A stretch of 59,678 bases of DNA from an uncultured Spirochaetaceae bacterium. GTDB lineage: Bacteria; Myxococcota_A; UBA9160; UBA4427. Every line of letters begins with the position of its first letter. Within the stretch, counting starts at the first letter, position 1. This document shows positions 46,625 to 55,600 of the stretch, piece after piece. The notes below the pieces were generated by a model that did no database searches, was not told the DNA's origin, and saw nothing but the letters and a program-made list of their open reading frames with translations. Where the stretch lies: contig CAYWGW010000003.1 of the NCBI GenBank assembly GCA_964457385.1, forward strand, positions 1,124 through 60,801, in the 5' to 3' direction. The position numbers were made by a program, and so were the translations under genes.

Positions 46625-48055
46625 ATGAAATCGAGAGCCCCCATCGCGCGCGCCATCGCCATCGCCATCGCCCGTTCGATCGCGCTGTCGATCAGCCTCG
46701 CGGGCGCCAATCCGGTGTCTGCGAGCTCGGACACGCTACAGGATCCCGTGGCGGGGCTCGAGCAGGTGACCCTCGAGAACGGCCTGCGGGTCCTTCTCCT
46801 CGAGGATCATCGGACCCCGGTCGTCTCCTTCCAGCTCTGGGTCGACGCCGGCTCGGCGGACGAGGGCTTCTACACGGGCATCGCCCATCTCTTCGAGCAC
46901 ATGATGTTCAAGGGATCCCGGAACATCGCCCCCGAGCAGCACGCGCGACTGATCAACGAGCGCGGTGGCCGGATCAACGCCTACACGAGCCGTGACGTCA
47001 CGGTCTATCACGAGGACGTGACGGCCGAGACCCTGCCCCTCGTGATCGACCTCGAGGCGGAGCGCTTCGCGAACCTCGAGATCGGCCAGGAGACCCTCGA
47101 AAGCGAGCGCGAGGTCGTACTCGAGGAGCGCCGGCTTCGCACCGAGGACAGCCCCGACGGCCTCGCCTTCGAGGCGCTCGCCGCGCTCGTCTGGCAGGCC
47201 CATCCCTATCGCCAGCCGACGATCGGCTGGCGCAGCGACGTCGAGAGCGTGACGGTGGAGGCCTGTCGCGAGTTCTTCGAGACCTACTACGCGGCCAACA
47301 ATCTGACGGTCGTGATCGTGGGCGATTTCGAGGCCGAGTCGACGCTCGCCCACGTCCGACGGACCTTCGGCCGTCTCGAGTCGGCGAACCGGATCCCGCG
47401 CAACCCGACCACCGTCGTGCCGCAGCGCGGAGAGCGTCGGGCGACGGTCCACTTCGATGTCCAGAGCCCGCTGCTCTACGCCGGCTGGCATACGCCGCCG
47501 ACGGGTCATCCCGACGGCGAGGCCCTCGATATCGCGAGTCAGATCCTCTCGGGCGGGCGCAGCGGTCGGCTCTACCAGAGCCTCGTCTATCAGGAGCAGA
47601 AGGCGCTCTACGCCTACGGGGGCTACATGGAGCTGGCCGACGCCGGGCTCTTCTATGCCATCGCCGGGGCGCGGCCTGGCATCGCGGTCGAGGAGGTCGA
47701 GGCGCTCTTCATGGCGGAGATCGATCGGGTCGCCGAGGAGGGGGTCTCCCCCGCCGAGGTCGAGCAGGCCAAACGACAGCTCGAGGTCTCCCTCGTGAAC
47801 GGACTCGCCACCAACCACGCGCTCGCCAGTCGGATCGGCCGGGAGACGCTGGCCTTCGGTCGCGTGAGACCCCTGGCCGAGCGGATCGAAGCCATCCGTC
47901 GGGTCTCGCCGGAAGATGTCCGACGCGTCGTCCGGACCTACCTGCAACCGCATCTGCGGAGCGTCGTGCACGTGGTGACGCCGCCCGCGCAGGTCATCGA
48001 TGGAGTCGATGGAGTCGATGGAGTGAATGGAGTGGACGGGGAGGTGTCCCGATGA
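46625..48055 (+). CDS. M16 (pitrilysin) family zinc peptidase, active-type subunit
   Basis: It has a signal peptide and the inverted zincin motif 'GIAHLFEHMMFKG' (HxxEH). Start at ATG 46625. Confidence 0.9.
   Translation: MKSRAPIARAIAIAIARSIALSISLAGANPVSASSDTLQDPVAGLEQVTLENGLRVLLLEDHRTPVVSFQLWVDAGSADEGFYTGIAHLFEHMMFKGSRNIAPEQHARLINERGGRINAYTSRDVTVYHEDVTAETLPLVIDLEAERFANLEIGQETLESEREVVLEERRLRTEDSPDGLAFEALAALVWQAHPYRQPTIGWRSDVESVTVEACREFFETYYAANNLTVVIVGDFEAESTLAHVRRTFGRLESANRIPRNPTTVVPQRGERRATVHFDVQSPLLYAGWHTPPTGHPDGEALDIASQILSGGRSGRLYQSLVYQEQKALYAYGGYMELADAGLFYAIAGARPGIAVEEVEALFMAEIDRVAEEGVSPAEVEQAKRQLEVSLVNGLATNHALASRIGRETLAFGRVRPLAERIEAIRRVSPEDVRRVVRTYLQPHLRSVVHVVTPPAQVIDGVDGVDGVNGVDGEVSR
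47996..48040. repeat. About 5 x 9-nt in-frame tandem repeat (tcgatggag...) encoding (DGV)n at the C-terminus of the first M16 peptidase
   Basis: Read directly; it encodes 'IDGVDGVDGVNGVDGE'. Confidence 0.75.
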
Positions 48056-49527
48056 CCCACGTGGCGAACCGATCGGGGCGCGGATGGGCGGGATGGATTG
48101 CGCTCCTCGCCGCGTTGCTGCCGTTCGCGGGCTGTGGGCTCCCCGGCTCGTCGTTCCTGCGGCTCGAGCCACCGCCGGCGTGGGAGCGCGAGGTGCCGCC
48201 GCCGACGGAAGGACCCGTCGTACCGGAGGGGGCTCTGCATCGCGCGGGGCTGGCCAACGGCATCACGTTGATCGTGCTGGAGGATCATCGACTGCCCCGG
48301 CTGGCCCTGGGCCTCGAGCTTCGTCGCGGCGCAGGAAGCGTGCCTCGGGAGCGGGCGGGAGTCGGTCCGCTGGCGACGGAGGTCATGCAGCGCGGGGCTG
48401 GGGAGCGGGACGCCCTCGCGCTGGCCCGAGCCGTCGAGGAGGTCGGTGCCTCGTTGTCCGTCGACGTCGATTGGGACTCGACGGGAATCAGGCTGGCGGG
48501 CCTCTCGCGCGATCAGGATCTGCTCTTCGAGATCCTCGAGGACGTGGCGCTGCGCGCGCGCTTCGATCCGAAGGAGATCGAGAAGGCGCGGGCAGAGCAG
48601 CAGGCCGGGCTGCTGGCGGCGCAGGACGATCCCGCGACGGTGGTGCGATGGAAGACCCTGGACGTGCTCTACGACGGCCATCGCTACGGGCTGCCCCTGA
48701 TGGGCGAGGCCTCGACGGTGGCCGGCCTCGATGCGGCGGAGGTGCAGGCCTACTGGAACGATCGCTTCGTGCCCCGCAACACGATCTTCTGGGCGGTGGG
48801 CGATCTCGATCCGGAGAGGGTCCTGGCCGAGGTCCGGAGACGATTCGGTCGGCTGCCCGATGCGCCGGTTCCCCCCACTACGCCCGCGCCGCCCGAACGC
48901 AGCCCGGAGTCGCGGCAGGTCGTGGTGGTCGATGATCCCGATCTCGTTCAGGCCCGGATCGTCGTCGCGCACGAGGGCATCGCCCGAACCGATCCCGACC
49001 GGCTCGCCGCCGCCCTGATGAACGATGCGCTCGGGGGCAGCGGCTTCTCGTCGCGGCTGATGAAGAGCGTGCGCGCGGATGCGGGTCTGACCTACGGCGT
49101 CGGCTCCGGTTTCTCGCTGCGCAGCCAGCCCGGTCCCTTCTTCATGTCGACCTTCACGCGGGTCGAGGAGACGCGTCGGGTCGTCGATCTCCTGCTCGAG
49201 GAGATGCGCGCGATCCAGGGTGATCGGCCGGTGGACGAGGCCGAGCTGATCCGATTCATCCGCTACAACGTCGGGGGCTTCGGACTTTCGCTCGAGACCT
49301 CCGAGGCCGTGTTGAGATCACTGGTCGATCTGGAGGTGCACGGGCTGCCGGAGGACTCGCTCGATACCTATCGCGCTCGCATCCGGGCCATCGGTGTCGA
49401 CGAGGTCGCCGAGGCGGCGCAGACGAAGCTGCATCCGGAGCGAGCGGCGATCGTGGTCCTGGGCCCCGCCGATCAGCTCGTCCCCCAGCTCGAGGATCTC
49501 GGGCCGATCACCGTCGTCGAGCCCTGA
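48052..49527 (+). CDS. M16 family peptidase, second (HxxEH-less) subunit; lipoprotein-like signal
   Basis: The start overlaps the previous stop (ATGA). The signal reads 'LLAALLPFAGCG'. The M16 fold reads 'LANGITLIVLEDHRLPRLALGLELRRGAG' without the zinc motif. Confidence 0.85.
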   Translation: MTHVANRSGRGWAGWIALLAALLPFAGCGLPGSSFLRLEPPPAWEREVPPPTEGPVVPEGALHRAGLANGITLIVLEDHRLPRLALGLELRRGAGSVPRERAGVGPLATEVMQRGAGERDALALARAVEEVGASLSVDVDWDSTGIRLAGLSRDQDLLFEILEDVALRARFDPKEIEKARAEQQAGLLAAQDDPATVVRWKTLDVLYDGHRYGLPLMGEASTVAGLDAAEVQAYWNDRFVPRNTIFWAVGDLDPERVLAEVRRRFGRLPDAPVPPTTPAPPERSPESRQVVVVDDPDLVQARIVVAHEGIARTDPDRLAAALMNDALGGSGFSSRLMKSVRADAGLTYGVGSGFSLRSQPGPFFMSTFTRVEETRRVVDLLLEEMRAIQGDRPVDEAELIRFIRYNVGGFGLSLETSEAVLRSLVDLEVHGLPEDSLDTYRARIRAIGVDEVAEAAQTKLHPERAAIVVLGPADQLVPQLEDLGPITVVEP

Positions 49528-49607
49528 GACTGCAACCGTGACCACGACGGCGCAGGCCGGTCCACCGCGACCGCTTCTCGGCGATCGCGGCTCGGTGCGA
49601 CCGGCGC

Positions 49608-52600
49608 TCAGCGTCCGAAGATGTCGAGGATGTCGCTGCCCCGGACGTAGCGCGAGGGATGGATGGTCTCCGCCAACTCGTCGAGGGTGATGCCGTCGGG
49701 CTGGATCTGTCGCAACCACTCTGCCTGGATCGGGCGGTACTCGCCGGGGGAGAGACCGAGCCTTCGTTGGTAACGGAAGAGCCGCTCGAGGGACTGCAGC
49801 GTCTCATAGGCTGCGAAGAGCGTGCTCGGCCGGTTTTTCACGAAGCGACGCAGCTCGAAGCCGATCACGCGTCGGGCGCGGGTCGTCTCGAGATACTGGT
49901 CGATCGCCTCCTGCAGGATCCGGCGGATCTCGTCGCTGCGCTCGCCCTCGGTGCCAAAGAGCTCCTCGGAGAGGGCGATCGCCGCCTCGGCGTCGGCCGC
50001 ATCCAGGCGCGCCTCGCTGACCCGCACGAGCCGGGTCTCGTCGCGCAGACCGAGATCGTCGATGATGGCCGCACCGCGGACCCGGGCGCGCATCACGGAG
50101 GCGGGGGTTTCGATCGGGTCGACGCCGAGCTCGCGCAATCGCTGGGGATTCTCGAGGCGGTTCGGCTCGCCCACCGGAAGACTCGCCGTCGGGACCTCGA
50201 CCGGACCGAAGGCGCCCGAGAGATCCGAGCGCGAGGGCCCGGTCGGCGGCAGCGCGGGGGTGCGTGACAGATCCGAGGGCGCGCCCGATCGGAACCGGAA
50301 ATCCGTCACCTCGAGCGGCCGTCCGTTGGGCCTCACGGCAAAGACGCTGAGGTCATTCAGGAACGCGGGCAGAGCCGGATCGAAGGGATTCACGACGCCG
50401 AAGATCGGGGTCTTGCCCTGACCTACGATCTCCGGCACGAGCGGGCTTCCGCTCGGATCCTCGAAGGCAAAGGCGTTCGCGCTGATCGAGGGTCCGGCAT
50501 CGGGCTGGGTCTCGCCCGCAAGATCGGTGAAGGTCCCCGAGGATCGGCGCAGCAGGAAGATCTCCGGGGCCGTGACGGCGAGGGTGAGCGCCGCGGCGTC
50601 GCCGAGGACGACCTGACCGTTGCGTGCCTCGAGCGTGGCGGTGCCCCCGACCGAGAGCTTCTCGCCGCTGCCGGCGACGAATCCGTTCGGACTGCCCGCA
50701 TCGGCCGCGGCACCGAAAAAGATGTTGCCGTCGGTGCTCGCGAGCAGGAGGTCGCCGGCGGCCTTGCCCACCGTCGCGAAGAGCGAGGAGCGCGTGCGGC
50801 GCGCGTCGGCGGCGCCGACCCGGAAGACGATGTCGTCCCGGACGCGCACCGACTGCACCCCCGAGTCGACCGGGGACTCCGCGAAGCCGTCGTCGTCGAG
50901 ATCCTCGCGCCGGCCGAACTCGACGTGGGCCGCCTCGGGCGCGTCGCGATCGAAGAGGATGTCGAGGTGGGCCAGTTCCTCGCCCGGCAGCGCGCCGCCG
51001 AGGTCGCCCGCGAAGGCCGTCTGGCCCGAGGTTCGGACCGTGAGGCCCGCGTCGGGATCGCTCTGGCGCACGTCGTCATTGAACCGGATGTCGCGGCCGG
51101 CGGTATCGAGCGAGGTCGCGAGAACGACCGTGCCGTCGAAGAGCTGATCGCCCTCGGTGGCAATCGCGGGCGGAGCGTCGTCGCCGGCGAAGGGCGAGCC
51201 GGGCGCCGGGAAGCCCGCGATCGAGAAGAAGATGGAACCGTCGCCGCTCGGCTGATCGGGATCGGCGGCGTCGACGCCGGTGCGGATCTCGAGGGAGGCG
51301 AGCTGGAGGGCGGCGCGGTCGAGCTCGTCCAGGCCCGGGGTGGGGCTGGTCAGGTCGATGGCGACGTCGCCTGCGGAGATCAGGATCAGGTTCGTGGTCG
51401 ACACGCGATCGCGCAGGGCGTCCGTGAAGCTGAGCGTGCCGCCGGGGGCCGTCCGTTGGAGCTGGATGTCGATTCCTTCGAGCGAGTCGCGCTGGACGAT
51501 GTTCTCGATGATCTGGAAGGTCTGGGGGTCGATGTCGAGCTCGGCCTGGAAGTACTGATCCAGCCTTGGGAGCTGGGTGTTCGTGAAGTCGGCGGCCTGG
51601 CGGACGCGCAGGATCGGACGCGTCGGATTCGAATCGTCGCGCAGGGCGAAGGGCGAGCCGTCCGCGTCCAGGTCCGCGAAGAAGTCGTCGCTCACGAGGC
51701 GGAGATGGTTGGAGGCGAGGTTGATCGCGGTGCCGGGATCGTCGGTCTGGAAGGTGAGATCGTTCGACTGGATCTCGACCGTGCCCCCGAAATCGTCGAA
51801 GCCCGTGAAGGGCGAGAGATCGGGGAATCCGGCGAAGGGAGCGGAAACCGCGGTCGGATTCGGGACGTTCACGATGGCGCGCCCGCGTCCGCCGGTGTCG
51901 GTCCCGGGCTGGATCGTGAGATTCCCGGCGACGGCGGCCAGCACCTCGAGTCCGTCGACGATGATGTCGCCCTGGACGGAGGCGAGGTCGACGCTCTCCC
52001 AGGCGTTGGCGCTCGTCCGCGAGGCGAGGGCCCGCAGCAGATCAAAGTCGGGGTTGCCGTCGAGGTCGCCGTCCTCGCTGAGATCGAGCCCGGCATTCTG
52101 TCGGATGGACAGTGACGAGCCCTCGAGCTCGCCGACGCGTGTCAGACCGTCGAGCCCCGAGAAGTCGATGGCGGGGAGCAGCCCGTCGTCGATGGTCTCT
52201 CTCGCGCCGTCCCCATCTGCGTCGGGATTGCTGAGTGCGACGCTGCCCCCGGCGTTCAGGCTGATCTGGTTGGCGGTGAGGGACGTGGTGCCAGGCCCGT
52301 CCTCGAAGATCAGCCGACCGAAGACCGTCGTCTCCACGTCGGGCAGCGTCGCGTCGGTGCTGCCGGCCGCGAGCCGGATCTCTTCATTGGCCTCGATCTG
52401 CGTACCGTCGGCGACGATGATCGAGTCGGCGGTGATCGCCGACAGACTTTCGAGCTCGAAGAGCCCCGGGCTCGGGCCGCTGCCGGGCGCGAATTGGAAG
52501 GCACTCTGGTCGACGCTCGCGGCCGCTCCGATCAGGAAGAGCGCGCTGCCGCTCACCTTCTCCGGCGCGATCTCGACGGTCGCGTCGAGACCGATCAGCG

Positions 52601-55600
52601 TGAGGTTCGTCGGGACGGGGGTGTCGTCGTCGGGGCTGGTCTCGGGATCCGGCGTCGCGCGCGCCAGCAGCCCGGAGATCGAGCCGCGATCCGGCAGGTC
52701 GACCGCCAGGATGTCGCCCTCCTGCTCCCGCGTGATCGCTCGCGGTCCGAGCCCCTGGGCCAGATCGAAGAAGCCCGGTGCATCCGGGTCCTCCGACAGA
52801 CGCGACAGATTGCCCGCCGTTGCGAGATCCGCCTCGTCGTCGAAGCCCTCGATCAGCAGTCGCTCGTCGTCGAAGGCGGCGTCGGTCTGGGAGCCCGGGG
52901 TCGGAGCCGTCGTGCCGGCCCGAACGCTGGCCCCGTTTCCGTCGACGTCCTCGCCGAGGGCGCTGAGGAAGAGGTCGTTCGTTCGCAGCCGGATCCTCAG
53001 GTTGGCGAGGGCGGGATCGGCGGTCAGGTCGAGGTCGGTCCCGTCGGAGCGTCTGAGGGTGAGGCTCGGGCCCTCGAGTACGAGGCGACCGGGATCGTCC
53101 GTGATGTCGAGGGGGAGCGAGGCGAAATCGACGTCGCTGAAGACCAGACCATCCCCGTCGGTACGCAGGACGAGGACGTCGGGGAGGCCCGCGTTGCCTC
53201 CGACGAACTGATCGGGGGCCGGGAGGCTGCCCCCGTCGATCTCCGAGTCCTGCTGGAGCAGGAAGGTCTGCTCGGCGCCGGGCACGCCGGTCAGGTCGAA
53301 CTCGGCACGCGAGAAGTCGACCCGCGATCCCGACGTCCCCCCGACTCCGTCTCCCGCGACGAGATCGATCCGCGGCCCCACGACCCGGACGACGCTCTGG
53401 CCGGTGGCCGGCGCGAAGGCGAGGATGCCAGCCTGGCCGAGGCCCGCGCGCAGCGTGATGCGCTCGCGTTCGTTCGTCGCGGTCCGATTGAAGGCGTCGG
53501 CCAGGACCTGGCTGAAGTCGAAGCCGCGGACACCGCCGAGCTCGACGTGTCGCCCCACGAACTCGAAGTCGCTGGAGGCCTGGATCGCGGGGTTGCCGCC
53601 CGATTCGAGTCCGACGAGGGAGAGGTCGGCGTTGCGGAAGAGCTCGCCCTCGTTGGTGCCGGCGACGCCGTCGTCGAGCACGATCGATCCCTGATCGGAG
53701 CGCACTGCGTATCCCACGCGCTCCGGGCCGGTCCTGAAGCCCGTTCCCGGAGTCAGCCCGAACTGATCGAGGCTCGGGAGATCGCCGACGGCGATTCCGG
53801 CGTCCTGACGGAAGACGAACGACCGGGCCGTCGAGCCGACGCCGCCGAAGGCGTTGCCGCCGCCGTCCCGGATCGAGACCGGCTGGGGATCGGGACCCGC
53901 CGGATCGACGTGCAGGCCGACGATCCGCGAGAGCGTCGACTGAGCGGCGTTGTCGTCGACGGTCCCCTGACCCGCGCGCAGCTCGATCTCGTCGGCAGCG
54001 AGGGTCGTGCCCGGTCCCGCGAAGATGAGATCGCCAAGGCCGCTGGCGCCGCCCCTCAGCGAGAGCCGATCACTGGCCGCGAGCGATACGCCGGCGTCGA
54101 TCGTGAGATCGCCGCGTCCGGCGGCGTTCGCGACGCCGGTCTGGCGTCCGGCCTCGATCTCGAGTGTGCCCAGATTGCCGAGCTGCGCGGCCAGCAGGCT
54201 GCCGACGCGGAAGTCCCCGGGCGAGGTCAGCCGGAGACTTTCGGCAGCGATCGCGGCGGCGGGAAGCGAGGCGGCGAAGACGATCGGCTGGTCGAGGGGA
54301 TTGCCGTCGGCGTCGACCGTGTCGTCGGCGAGGACCGGGAGCAGTAGGCCTCCGTTCAGGGTCACCCGGCTCGGGCCGCCGTCGTCGACGAGGCCTGCGA
54401 CGTCGTCGATCCCGAGCACGCCATCCGACGACTCCAGCGTGATGTCGAGTCCTTCCGCGCCGACTGCGTTGCCACCGAAGGCGTTGGCCAATGCCAGCTC
54501 ACCGGCGCCGCCGCCATTCGCGGCCACGACCGTGAGTGCACCGTCCTGGCGGATCGAGACCGCCTCCGGTCGCGCCGTGACGTCGGGGTTGCCGGCTGCG
54601 TCGAGGCCGCGCAGCTGAAGGCCCGCGAAGTCGGCCCGGGTCTGGCGGGCGAGGCCGAAGTCCGTCGGCACGCCGGGCTGGTCCTCGTCCTCGGTCGGCG
54701 CCGCGAGGCCGTCGGCGGTCGAGGTCACGCCGTCGCCCACGTCGATCGAGATGTTCCCGGCGTGAAGCCGCACGCCCTCCGCTGCCGCGGCGCCGGGCGC
54801 GTTGGTGCCGGCGAAGACGAGGCGGGTCTCGCTATTCGCACGCTCGTCCTCGGACAGGGCGGTCGGCGATTGCGCGGCCCGCAGGTCGATCGTCTCGGCG
54901 ATCAACAGGGTGTCCTCGCCGAGGTGGATCTGGCGCTCGCCCTCGATGTCGATGGCTCCGGCGACGACGTCCCCGTCGTCGGCGCCGTCGTCCGTGTCGT
55001 CGTCGGTGTCGTCCGCGAAGGTGGCGTCGGTCTCGCCCTCGGCGATCAGGGCGACGGTCTGGGGCAGGGCGGCGTCGGAGGTCGTGATGTCCCGGGCCTC
55101 GAGCTTGAGGCCGGCGCTGCGGATCGTGGTCGCGGCGCGCGAGCCGATCGCGATCGTGCCATTGCCGAAGAGGTCGGCGCTCTCGTTCCGGCTCGCCAGG
55201 TCTCGCGCGATCACGCGGAAGAGGCCGTTGTCGGAGTCGTCGGCGACGGTCGTGTCGAAGAGGCCGTCGAGGACGACCGAGCGCGTCAGGTCGCCGCCGA
55301 AGGAGAGGGTGCCGCCCTCGGTGGTGATCGGGCCGCTGGCGGTGATCTCGCCGCCTTCGCCCCGCAGCACGGCAGCTCCGGGATCGGGCTCGATGAAGTC
55401 TACGCTCGCGCCGTCGACGGCCTGGTCGGGATCGATCCGTGAGGCGACGACCGAGACGTTCCCGCCCTCGGAGGCGATCGAGCCCTGGAGGTCGATGCTG
55501 CCGGCGAAGGGCACCGTCTGGCCCTGGGCGCTGCTGCCGGCGGTCAGCTGGATGTCCCCGCCGCCGGATTGCAGCGCGCCCGAGGCGCCGAGCAGCAGGC

